Origin: Camelus ferus | Lineage: Eukaryota | Direction: 5' to 3' | DNA: 64,000 bases | Assembly (NCBI RefSeq): GCF_009834535.1 | Contig: NC_045697.1 | Coordinates: 53,632,001-53,696,000 of the forward strand | In this document: piece after piece, positions 12,066 to 23,789 of the stretch | Layout: every line of letters begins with the position of its first letter | How positions within the stretch are numbered: the first letter of the stretch is position 1 | Program-made: the position numbers and the translations under genes | The notes under the pieces: model-generated | The model's input: only the letters and a program-made list of their open reading frames with translations | The model's database searches: none | Told to the model about the DNA's origin: nothing

Positions 12066-13742
12066 GTTGCTCAGAAGGAAATTTATAGCTGTAAGTGCCT
12101 ACATTGAAAAAGAAGAACGATATCGTAAAATCAATAACCTAATATTATATCTCAAAAAGTATAAAAAGAAGGCAAACGAAACCCAAACCTTGCAGAAGGA
12201 AGCAATGCAGATTAGAGTAAAATAAACAAAACAAAACAAAAAGGTTTAAAAAAAAAACAAAGAAAATCAATAAAACCAAAAGCTGGTTTTTAGAAAAGGT
12301 CAGCAAAATCATCAAAACTTTAGCTAAATTGCAAAGAGGGAAAAAAAAGAGTAGATGCTAACAATTAAAATGAGAAATGAACTTAGGGAGAGGATGAATG
12401 GTTTTACATAGGATTGTAAAAGGTTATGATGGAAGTGTGACCAAGATAGCAGAGTAGGAAGACCTTCATCTCAACTCTTCCCTCAGGCACATCAAAATAT
12501 CAAGAATTTCCAGAGCATCTATTTATGAGAAAAATGAGAGAACTAGCAGAAAAGAGCTGATAGCCACATGATAAGGAATGAAATTAGACCCGTATCTTAC
12601 ACTACATTCAAAAATTAACTCAAAATAGATCAGAGACTTAAACTTTAGAGGTACAACTGCAACACTTCTATAAGAAAATTCTAGAGGAAAATTTCATCAC
12701 ATTGGATTTTGCTATGATTTCAATAGGTATGACACAAAAAGTACAAGCAAGAAAATAAATCAATTGAAATACATCAATTGAAGAAATTTTGTGCATCAGA
12801 AGACATTTTGAAATATAATATATAGATTGGGAGAAAACCTTTGCAAATCATGTATATAATAAAGAATTAATGTGCTCAATTTATAAAGAACTCCTACAAC
12901 TCAACACCAACAATAAAATCCCAACTGAAAAAATGGGAAAGTCCTTGAATATTTCTAACAAAGATATGCAAATAGCTAATAATACATAAAAAATGCTCCA
13001 CATCATTGATCATTAGGGAAATGCAAATCAAAAGCACAAAGAGATACCACTTCAGTCCTTAGGATAGCTATTATTTTTTTAAAGGAAATTAACAAGTGTT
13101 AGTAAGAATATGGAGGAATGTGACCTCACGCATTGCTGGTCAGAGTGCAAAATGATGCATCTGCTGTGGAAAACATTTTTGTGATACATTGGAAAGTTAA
13201 ACGTAGAGCTATCACATGACTCATTAATTCCAATCCTGACTATATATCCAAAGGAATTGAAATCAGGGACTCAAACAGATGTTTGTACACCAAAGGTCAC
13301 AGCAACATTATTTACAAAAGAAAAATGAATGGATAAAGATAATGTGATATATACACAATGAAATATTACTCAGCCTTAAAAAGACAGAAAATGCTAATGT
13401 GTTATGACATACAAGAACCTTGAAGACATAATATGAAGTGAAATAATGCTAAGTCAGAAAAGGACAAATTCTGTATGATTCCACTTATATGTGGTACCTA
13501 GAGTAGTCAAGCTCATAGAGATAGAAAGAAGAATAGAGATTAACAGGGACTGGGGAATTGGGGGGAATAGGGGAATTGCTTAGTGATACAGCATTTATGT
13601 TTGGGATGGTGAAAACATTTGTGCTATAGATAGTTCTTATGGTTACACAACATTGTGGATGTTCTTAATGCCACTAAATTCTATGCTTACAATACTTTAA
13701 AATGATAAATATCTTTATGTACATTTTACTATAATAAAAAAG
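12066..13742 (+). mobile_element. Old L1 ORF2/3' end fragments, intron 3 of copy A; paralog at ~48960-50260
   Basis: Degenerate ORF2 and 3'UTR motifs (gaaatgcaaatcaaaagcac, atgattccacttatatgtggtacctagagtagtcaa) ending in aataaaaaaa. Confidence 0.75.
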
Positions 13743-14169
13743 GCAATGCTTGCTTCTATGTTACTGCCAAATGTATAGCAAAGCTCAGCAAAGGTGAAAG
13801 AACTAATAATTTCTTAGTGAGAAAGGTCATATCCTTTCCATTTGCCTCTGAAAACTGTTTCAAAAATCCCCTTTATAAGAACAGTCTACTAATAACAATA
13901 CGTAGTTGTCTCAGATATAGATTGTTTTCATCTACTAAATTAGAATCAATCTAATTATATTAGATACATTAGGATTATTACAAGCACTTGAAAACGTGGT
14001 TGTAGCATCCACAGTTTAGAAACATTCATTACATAATCACTTCAGGCCTCAGTGTGCTCATCTATTACCTGGAGACATCGAACTAGATTAATTCTAAGTT
14101 AACTGCCTCCTTCTGACAGGATGTGATTCTAAAAGTTTTCTAATAGAGTAAAGGCATTTATCTTAACAG

Positions 14170-14257
14170 GTTCTGTGGAGATACACAGGAAAGAAACCAG
14201 ATACACTTGGAGCCAATACCCAGCTATATGAATGGATTCCACAGAATGATCTTCTTG
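14170..14257 (+). CDS. UGT2C1: UGT copy A exon 4 (88 bp)
   Basis: aacag|GTTCTGTGG...CTTCTTG|gtaaga. Encodes [29 protein letters not shown] (start of the UGT signature). Confidence 0.95.
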
Positions 14258-14389
14258 GTAAGACCAGAGAGAAAAAAAATTAAACAGAGTTGAGTTTACT
14301 CATTAACAAATAAATTCAAGAAATTTGTCTTCAAAATAAGGGAAAAAACCCAAAGCCCATAGTGCCTTTTTCACATTTCTTCTGAAACC

Positions 14390-14886
14390 TGTTAAAGAAA
14401 AATTATTCATGATTCTGGTTAAAGATTGTAAGGCACACTTTATTTAAGACCATCATGATATGTTTAGGTCCTACTGCAATGGACTTTGACAGTGAGACAG
14501 AGAAACTGGACTTGACTCGGAATGAAAAAGAGAAAAGTTGGAAATTAATAGCCAAAATGCTGAATATTATGTCACTGCATGAAAATTTACTATGAGGAAA
14601 CAAGAGAGACAAAGGGAACTCTGGCAAAACTGACCTAATCTGATTCTTGCTGATGGCAGGCTAGCGTGATCAGACATCACTTGGGGGATGATGAAGAATG
14701 AGGCAACAGCTGTAAGGGTGACTGGACATCAGGGATGGGGAAGTCTAGCAAAATAGACTCAATAGGGTTCTTGCTAAAATTGGGCAACGTAGAGATAAAC
14801 ACATAAGCCCCCAAATCAGTGCTTGGTTGGGAAGAGCATTCTGAGGAACCTGACTAGAGTTTTGATTACTAATAGAATTTTTGTCA
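14390..14886. mobile_element. Solo ERV LTR, intron 4 of copy A; paralog at 50942-51435
   Basis: About 500 bp with TG…CA termini (tgttaaagaaaa…tttttgtca), present at the same position in both genes. Family not assigned. Confidence 0.6.
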
Positions 14887-15602
14887 AGTTCCAACATAAG
14901 TAAGGAATTTATAATTCTCCCATTTATAATACAACTTCTCCCGCCTCAGAATCAGAGTCAGTATACTTTAGACCTTGACTCTCACTAACTTTTGTATAGA
15001 ATATTGTAGAGCCTCCTGAATCTCTGTATCCATTCCCTCCCATCTCTCTTCTCTTCTCCCCACTATAACTATTTGAAAAAATTCTGACAATCCCTTTCAC
15101 CATCTATGATATTGTTCACGATTCCATATTACCATAACATCAGATGCAAAATCCCATGTTCTTAGAGTACCTCAAGAACTTGCCATAATCTACACTTTCT
15201 AGCCTCTTATGCCAACATTCTCACATTGAAACTCTGCACATATCAGCTCCTCTTCCCCATCCACACAAGCATTTGTTTTCTGAAATCCCTTCATTCCTTT
15301 CTACTGTTGTATTCGCAGCACCAGCAACTTGTCCATGGCAACCACTCTCCTTCAGTTGACTCTGCACAAACCTTCAGGGTTTTGTGGAATGACTTAATTG
15401 CTAGAATCATTCATTGCTGCTCAGCCTGGAATAATTGTCACTTTCTTTAGAGCCTGTAGAAATGTATACAAAGCCTCATGGCACAGAATTGTGTGGGAAA
15501 TGCTGCCTAACTGAATTAGTGATTTATACAGGTGTCATGATTTTCTGTTTCTGAAATTCTTACAACTTAGAATAGTGATATTTATATATTTTCTCTTTTT
15601 AG

Positions 15603-15822
15603 GCCATCCCAAAACCAGAGCTTTTATCACTCACAGTGGAACCAATGGGGTCTATGAAGCTATTTACCATGGGGTGCCTATGGTGGGAATTCCCATGTTT
15701 GGTGATCAGCATGATAATATTGCTCGCGTAAAAGTCAAAGGGGCAGCTGTTGAAGTAGATTTGCACACAATGACAAGTTCTGATCTGCTGAATGCTTTGA
15801 AGGAGGTTATTAACAACCCTTT
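15603..15822 (+). CDS. UGT2C1: UGT copy A exon 5 (220 bp)
   Basis: tttag|GCCATCCC...CCCTTT|gtaagt. Encodes [35 protein letters not shown] (UDP-sugar-binding signature). Confidence 0.95.
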
Positions 15823-16379
15823 GTAAGTATAGAATATATCCTTTTCTGAGAATCATCCTGTTTTTTAAAAGGAGTAAACTGTTTCAGTTTTTAAATTGAT
15901 TACTTTTACACAATCACCAGGACATAAATAATATCAAGTATGATTGTTTTACACTTCTTAATTTTTATGAAGAAATTTTCATACCTACTGTTACTGGGCA
16001 ATGGATTACAATCTCAAAAAATTAGTAAACGTATTTAAAAAAAAAGAAGCTACTGTTACACAGACACAAGTCTTTTTATTAATGATATTATTACTCATTT
16101 CTTAAAATTGTAGATATAATCACTAAAAGGATTTATGCAATATGACAAAACATACAGAAATAAAATAAAAAATTAACTCCTCTCATGCAGTTATAACCAA
16201 AATCCAGTTCAGAAATTTTACTTCAGATATTTCCTTGTGCTAATTTATAAATAGGAAAAAAAAGACAGAAATAATTGTATAAAAATTGGATTATGCTACT
16301 TTTTAATTAAAGATATCCCATATTTGTATATTTTAATTTAAAGCATGATTATTACAGTGAATTAAAACTAAGAGATCCA

Positions 16380-18160
16380 AATGGAGACATAGACGATGCC
16401 AGCTTCCCTGTCCCCTGGCAAAGATCAACATTAGACAGCTATCCATGGACAAAAACAGCTCTCGGAGAGTTCTAAACTCCATATAAGAGATTTTAGAAAC
16501 ACTGTGGAACAGAAAAACCTGAGAATAGTCACCTAAGGACAGAATGAAGACAGTTTCGTTTGATTGCATCATCCCATCCCCAAGCCATCGTAGCTCATGT
16601 CCAGGAGAGATCTTTCCAAGTAGAAAGAGTTTCTTACCAGGAAAGAAATGTGGACTAGCCTCTAAAGCAGCCTGGGACACAGAAATAGAAAAAACAATCC
16701 TAAATTTGAATGAAGCCACAAAAGATCCCAAATAGCCAAAGCAGTCCTAAGAAAGAAGAACAAAGCTGAGACATCCCATTTCCTGATTTAAACTACACTA
16801 TAAAGAATACTAATTTTAACAGTATGGTATTGGCATAAAAATAGACACAGAGAGCAATGGACAGGATTGAGAGGCCAAAAATAATCTCTCGCATATAAGA
16901 TTAAATATATTTAACAAAACAGCCAGGAATACTCACTCAACAGGAAAGGGGTAGTCTCTTCAATAAATGGTGCTGGAGAAACTGGATAATCACATAAAGG
17001 AAAATGAAATGGGACTCCTATCTAACATTACTTGCAAAAATTAACTGGATATGTACTGAAGACGTAAGACCGGAAACCATAAAAATGTCCTAGAAGAAAA
17101 CATAGGGGGAAAGCTCCTTGAACTCTTTGCAATAATATTTGGAAATGACACTAACAGCACAAGGAACAAAAGTAAAAATCAACAAATGAGTCTAGATCAA
17201 ACTTACCACTTCTGCATAGCAAAAGAAGTGATCTACAAAATGAAAGGTGTCTACAAAATGAGAGAAAGTATTTTCAAATTACATATCCAGTAAGGGGTTA
17301 ATACACAAAATACAAAAACTCATATAACTCAATAGCAAAATAACTTTTAAATGACTACAATTACTGAATAGATATTTTTTCAAGAAGACATACAAATAGT
17401 CCACAAGTACATGAAAGGGGGCTTGACATCACCAAGCATCAGGAAATGCAAATCAAAACCACAGTGAGACATCACCTCACACCTGTCAGAAAGGCTAGCC
17501 TCAAAACACTGGGTATATCTAAGTGTTGGTGAGTCTGTGAAGAAAGGGAATTCTAGGGCACTGTTGATGGGAATAAAAATAGGCTCAGCCACTATGGAAA
17601 ACAATATGGAGTTTCCCCAAAAGATTAAAAACAGAATTACACTACCAGCAATCTCACTCTGGGATTATGACTAAAGGAAATGAAAATAGAATATGAAAGA
17701 GATATCTGCACTGACATGTTCATTGCAGCTTTATTCAAAATAGCCAAGATAGGAAAACAGCCTAACTGTCTGTCAGTGGATGAATACATAAAGAAAATGT
17801 GGTATATGCATATAAATGAGTATTTTTCAGTCATGAGAAAGAAGGAAATTCTGCCATTTGTGACAACTATGCTAAGTGAAATCAGCCTGAAAGAGAAAGA
17901 CAGATACTGAATATCACTTATATATGTAATCTAAAGGGACAAACTCAAAGAACTAGAGAGCAGAGTGGTATATACCAGGGCCTAGGAGTTCAGGGAGTGG
18001 AGAGATTTGATCAAAGAGTCAGACTTTATATAACAAAATGAATACCTTCTGCTGAACTTTGTACAACATAGTGATTAGCTGTGATCATAACTTCTCAACA
18101 TGAATGATTACATTTATCATGATATTGTAGTTCAAATAAAGCAAATAAATATATTTGTTG
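16380..18160 (+). mobile_element. Old L1 (5' remnant, ORF2 C-terminal part and 3'UTR), intron 5 of copy A; paralog at ~53286-54490
   Basis: ORF2-like residues EIEKTILNL..ATKDPK, and ORF 17680-17910 (ICT.MFIAALF.IAK..KQP). Confidence 0.8.
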
Positions 18161-19603
18161 AAAAAATATTAAAATTTTAAAAATTGCAAGGTTTGGCTAT
18201 ATATTACTTTAATATCAAATAAATTCTTACTAAAAATTCCATATAAATCTTTGAGCAAATATTGACATTATAGGTTAAAATATTTATTTTTAAAATACTT
18301 CCAATTTTGGCCAATATTGAAAGACTCTCCAATAGGAAGTCCCTTCTCAACTTCACATTTATGTCTCTTAAATATCATATCTTAATTTTTGTTTGATGTA
18401 TTATCATTATAACATTATAAAGGCTTATATAATACACGTTGTCTAGACTACAATTTCCAATACTGTTTAGCCTTAGTTTTCTATTTATGTAGATTTATTG
18501 ACGCACTTTGTGTTCTATAATGGTATTTCTGTAACTGACGGGTTTTGTTCTTGCTAATTTTTTACCTGATAATGCTTTACTTTGATCTGTGGAGCTTTTG
18601 TTGATGTTGCATTCTTGTTTGCCTGCAATATATCCCAAATACTTATTCCTTAAAATATTGTGTATTAAGAAAGGCCTGCCTTGCTTTTTTCAAAACAAAG
18701 GGCAACAGGGATTTATACAATAATTTTTTGGCTGACATTTCTCCTCAGACTTTCTCTATGCTGTTCCACAGTTTAGGACAATGAAATGTTTCGTATTTTC
18801 CTTTAACAATGATTACACTTTAGTGTGGGAGAATGAACTCCCTCCTTCACCTTCTTCAAAAATTTGAGAAAATGCTTCTTCTAGGTCAGCCATCCAAAAC
18901 ATAAAACAAAACCCTGGCCTGGTCTTTTGTCCCTTGACAGAAGGCAGAGGGTTTGTGTTCTAGCTCTTGTCACTTCTCATCGCACCACTGGCGCTTGCAT
19001 CCCTCTGTAGCCTGAAGCAAAGATTCCAGCATCTACTCACTCTAGGGACCTACTTCTTGCCCATTGGGTGACATTAAGTTTTCTGTTTTCATCTGAAATG
19101 TCAGGGCCATGAAGATCACGGACGGAAACCATTACCTGATGCTGTTGAACACTAGCTTCTTGTTAACACCCTCACTCCAGATCAAACCTGGGGAAGGTGG
19201 AGGGGTGGGGGAAGGGTTCCTCTCTCACAGACCTGCCCTCAGTGCTGCTTCCTGTCACTATCATGTTCTCAATACCACCCCCTCAGCAAATGAAGGTAAA
19301 ATGCTGTATTCATATTCCTATATCTGAACTTTGAAAACGCTATTTCCAATAGTTCTTTCCTCCCCTACCTCCAATTGTTATTTACAATATGAAGCATCCA
19401 AAAAATTCCAGCTGATAGACCACTATATAGAAATATTTCAAGAGGAAACAAACTCATATGCTTTGGTGCTCTTGGAGATGTTATTTATGACATCATTTAT
19501 TATACAACTATTTAAAATACTTTTAATAACATATAACATAATTTTAGGTATACCACATCCTTAATGGTTTTTTCAAGTCGTTATCCATATATTCAATCTT
19601 CAG

Positions 19604-19883
19604 CTATAAAGAGAATGCTATGAAGTTATCAAGAATCCACCACGATCAGCCAGTGAAGCCCCTGGACCGAGCAGTCTTCTGGATCGAGTTTGTCATGCGC
19701 CACAAAGGAGCCAAGCACCTGCGCCCAGCCCTCCACAACCTCTCCTGGTACCAGCACCACTCTTTGGATGTGATTGGGTTCCTGCTGGCCTGTGTGGCAA
19801 CTATTATATTTTTGGTCACTAAATGTTGCCTGTTTTGTTGCTCGAGGTTTGGTAAAACCACAAAGAAGAAAAAGAGAGAATAG
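19604..19883 (+). CDS. UGT2C1: UGT copy A exon 6 coding part (280 bp; transmembrane helix, ER-retention tail, stop)
   Basis: ttcag|CTATAAAGAG. Encodes [16 protein letters not shown]...[19 protein letters not shown]...KKKKRE*. The six exons sum to 1590 nt, one uninterrupted 529-aa ORF. Confidence 0.95.
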
Positions 19884-20664
19884 GATTTGGTTTTTCTGTT
19901 GATATTTTTTGTTTGTTTCTTTTTTTAACAAGTTGGGTGGAAACCATGGTGGGGCCCATCCAAATCAATCCATCCACTGACTTGAACTGATTCCTCTCCT
20001 ACTCTTCAGGGTTCTTGTCCATTTCTCAGCTTTTCAAATCAAAGATCAAAGACTCACCCCCGAAATGTGCCACATGATTTAGAATTAAGGTTTCAAATTC
20101 TTTCCCAGAAACCTATTCTTTAAGAAGAGAAAATAAACAAATACACACATGGAGTTGCTACCATAAAGACTTAGTGCTTTATTCACAGCTTTCAGTTCAA
20201 CAAATTGTGATGTTGTCTGAGGCCTTAGGAACAAAATGGTTAATTCCGTTTTCAGCATTGATCACATTGAACACTTTCTAAATACGTAACGTCATCCTGG
20301 GCCCAGTGTGTTATAGTTCTTGCATGTTCTCCAAAGGAACCAGGCAAGAGTAGTGCAGAGCACACTCAGCCAGATTCCCTTCAGGTCAGGGAGATCAGGA
20401 GGCTGTCAGGGTTTCTCCTCTGCAGTAAAGCACACTTGATACCATCAATTTATTTTCATCTGACACGTCAGACTGTGTCCCCCTTGCACTACAAAACACG
20501 CTTTTTCGCCTTTGATTTGTAGATTGCTCTTCATTTGGAAATTAATAATGTTAATTCTTCATTTGGATTGTAACACTTTCGTAGTTTCAGAGAAGTAGCT
20601 GAACTTTGTAAGTTAGCATGGAGCAAATAACTGGAATTTAATACCTACTTTATAGAAGTAACTA

Positions 20665-20752
20665 AAGAGAGGTTGTAAAGTGCAGTGGTAGTGTGTGTGT
20701 TTAGCACATACAAGGTCCTGAGTTCAATCCTCAGTGCCTCCATTAAAAAATA
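20665..20752 (+). mobile_element. tRNA-derived SINE (camelid vic-1-like) in the 3' region of copy A
   Basis: A-box-like cagtggtag, B-box gagttcaatcc and an A-rich tail. TSD AAGTAACTA at 20656-20664 / 20753-20761. The copy B site (~57063) is empty. Confidence 0.85.
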
Positions 20753-21087
20753 AAGTAACTAGTAATTTTATTTAATTCTTTTTTATGTTAATTTTACTTA
20801 TAAGTATTTGTATAGTAGAAGCAAACTACTTACAGCCGCACTGCAGATACTTTGAGGGGGAGAGTCCATTTCTGAGAACTGCTCTTTGCTAAGGGGGTGA
20901 TTTTTCCATCTAATCACAGACTCAGGACATTGCCCATTTCTTCCTTTTACTTTGCCCTATCACTTCTCCTGGTTCTCTCAAGAACTTTATTGTGACCACT
21001 GTATGAATCACAACTACTTAGACTTCTGTTAAAAAGTATCAGCCAGAGATCTGCGGTAAACATGAAGACACAAGTTGTTTTTTAATC

Positions 21088-21093
21088 AAATAA
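21088..21093 (+). terminator. Candidate poly(A) signal of copy A
   Basis: AATAAAGATGTCT is conserved in copy B (~57384). Other AATAAA hexamers lie at 20132 and 20749, so usage is uncertain. Confidence 0.4.
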
Positions 21094-22099
21094 AGATGTC
21101 TCTTAATCTCTTTCCTAAAAAATCTGTCTTCTAGTATGTTTGCCAGTGTTTTGGCCTTGAGGTCAAAAAATTATTCAATCTAACTGTGATGGCATTACAC
21201 AGTAAACCAATTCATTAAATAATTGCCATGGACTTTGAGAATTATAACCTAAACTTAAGAAAACCAAAATTACAGCTCTATCTTAGAACAAATATAAATC
21301 ATTTCTGCAATTTTCTGGTTTTGACAGTAATAATGGCACAATTAAGAGCAAGTTAAATATAAACTTATTCTTAGATGGGCAACTAACTATGAAAAGATAT
21401 AGGAAAAAAAGATTTTTTTAATTTTATGAGGTTTTGAAATAATTAAAAAATTATAATGCTTTAATGTATAATTTTTTCAAAACTGTAAACACTAATGTTG
21501 GTTTTCAGATCTAAATCACATAATCAAAGCAGTAATTTACCACAATGCTAAATCATTTATTCTGGCAATAAGATAGTGTTCTTTTCTAAAGTACTGTTTA
21601 AAATTATAGTTGAAACTTTGGTCATTTTATACCAAAGGCAAGAGAGGCATTAAATTTTTCATTATTATAAAATGAGGTAACATAAAGGAGTAAGGTTCAG
21701 GATGGTCGGCTTTACACCAATAACAGATGCATTATAATTCATGAAGAACAAAGTGCATACATAGCACTTTAAATAAACAAGGCCGAAGAATATTAATATA
21801 GTGGATAAGTGTCAGTTGGAGGGAGGTCTAGAGCATCACAAACGTCGAGGTTATGTGTACAAGCTCTCTAGAGTGGTTGATATATTTTCATTTGGAAATT
21901 ATCATACTTCCCTTTCTTCACTACTCTTAACAAAATATAAAATCTTTTTAAATTTTAATTTCATATAATATACACATACATACATATATATTCTACAATC
22001 ACAAAAGTAAGATTTTTTTAACAAATGCTGAAATAAAAATGGAATAGATAAAACAATGAAACACCTAATACTCTACTGTATTAAGATAAACCCAGGACT

Positions 22100-23785
22100 C
22101 TGGTAACCGTGAAATTTCTAATGATATTACTCATGGTGAACTGGGACCTTATAGTGTTGGAAGAACAGGTACTAGTTATTGTGACACAGTAGCTTTTTAT
22201 TATATGGAAAAATGATGAGGAAACTGGAGATAAAGTTTTGCTCTAGAGAATTAGTACTTTGGAAAAAATATAATGATAGAGTGAAGCCTTTAAACCACCG
22301 TATTACGTGAGTGGTGAGTAAGAAAGGCAGAAGACCTGCTTGGCAGCATATAAAGAGATTCTCGTCCTTTGCAGAATTTCCTCACCAAAAAAGTTTTTCT
22401 TTTAATTTTAAAATAAGACATTTCCTGTTCTACTTAAAGTCAGACCTGGTCTGAAATGTTTCCAAGATCAGGACCCTACTTGTGGTGGGCAGAATGGCAA
22501 GGCATCTGATAAACAGTTAGTGAGAATCTTGAATTCCTAGATGCCCCTGAGCCCTTCGAGTCCTCAGAAGTGTCCCACTCCTCTCTGTGAAGGGATGATA
22601 GCACCTCGCCATTGTGGGAGGATGACAGAGCGTCCTCTACCCCACAGGACATCGTGTGTCCTTCTCAGGAGCTGCTCTTATCTCCCCTCTTGAACACAAG
22701 CCAGTAACAAGAGTAAAGTCACACTGCAATACAGTCAGCTATAAGCTGGACCTACTAAGGAAGGAAAGACAGTATAACTCAAAAGAACTGAAGAACCCAT
22801 CCAAAATTTACTAGCAGGAACTGGGAGATTATATATGGAATTGTACACTCAGGGACAGACTTGAGGAAAGTCAACATAAAGGTGTATAAGGGAGCATTTT
22901 TAAAATTTTCAAGCACTCTCTCAGGACACAGTATAATTACTACCTGCATTCAGACTCCAGGAGATGGTGGGAACAGACTACCATGATGTCTGTAGAAACT
23001 TGGCAACAATGATGGTCCTCAGGAAGTAAAACTGATGTGCTGGAAATGTCATGGCAAACAGTGGAAGAAGGAACCCAAAGGCTTAGGGTAGTAGACATAT
23101 AAAGATAGATATGCTTTGTATGTCAGTAAAATCCACAAAAGGAGTCTTTACTGAAGCTATAAGATGTTCAGGGTGGTTATTCTCTGAGGGGCAGGATTGT
23201 TGGTAATTATAAAACTTAGCTCATTATGCTAATTAAAATCAAATACAAAAGTAACAGAGACCAGTAGGAGCCATCAATAATCAGAAGTCAGGTGGTCACA
23301 GTGATCACGGTGAACAATAAGGTTGGGGTGGCAGCCAGGCAGGCTTAACCCATGAAGAGCTGTGGATATGGTGATAGAGCAGGCAGCCCTAGAAACAGAA
23401 TAGATAGACGACCAAGAAGGAATTGCTGTGTCTATACTATCAGAAGGGTTGAAAGATAGGTCTCAGAGTTAGAGGATGATTGTTTCCTTAAAATCATATT
23501 CACTTGAGAAGTTTTGGGACCTGAGGATTGTCCTGATCCACTGACTAATGAAGGGAGTGGGACTGTCAGAGAAAGAAACTTGTACCATCACCGTAAGTGT
23601 ACACGTTAATGATTCCCTCAAATCCTTCCCAAAATGACAACAGCATCTTGAAACAATGATGATGTTCTCAGTCCCTAAATGTATACTTGAATACATTCAC
23701 TTTGTCGAGGGCACAACTCACTAATTGCATCAACTGGCCTGTGGGATTAGGGCTGTCACAGTGGGAAAAGCCAAGTAGAAGCACT
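22100..23785 (+). mobile_element. Degenerate MaLR/ERVL internal (gag-like) sequence
   Basis: Around 23040-23100 the sequence translates as LEMSWQTVEEGTQRLRVVDI, resembling the ERVL/MaLR gag motif PELPW.TVEEGI.RLRE.GM. Boundaries approximate. Confidence 0.5.
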
Positions 23786-23789
23786 CCAT

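Noticed and set aside
19109..19327. Small ORF MKITDGNHYL… shared with 55469-55651
   Set aside because: Shared only because of paralogy; the lengths differ and there is no coding signature.
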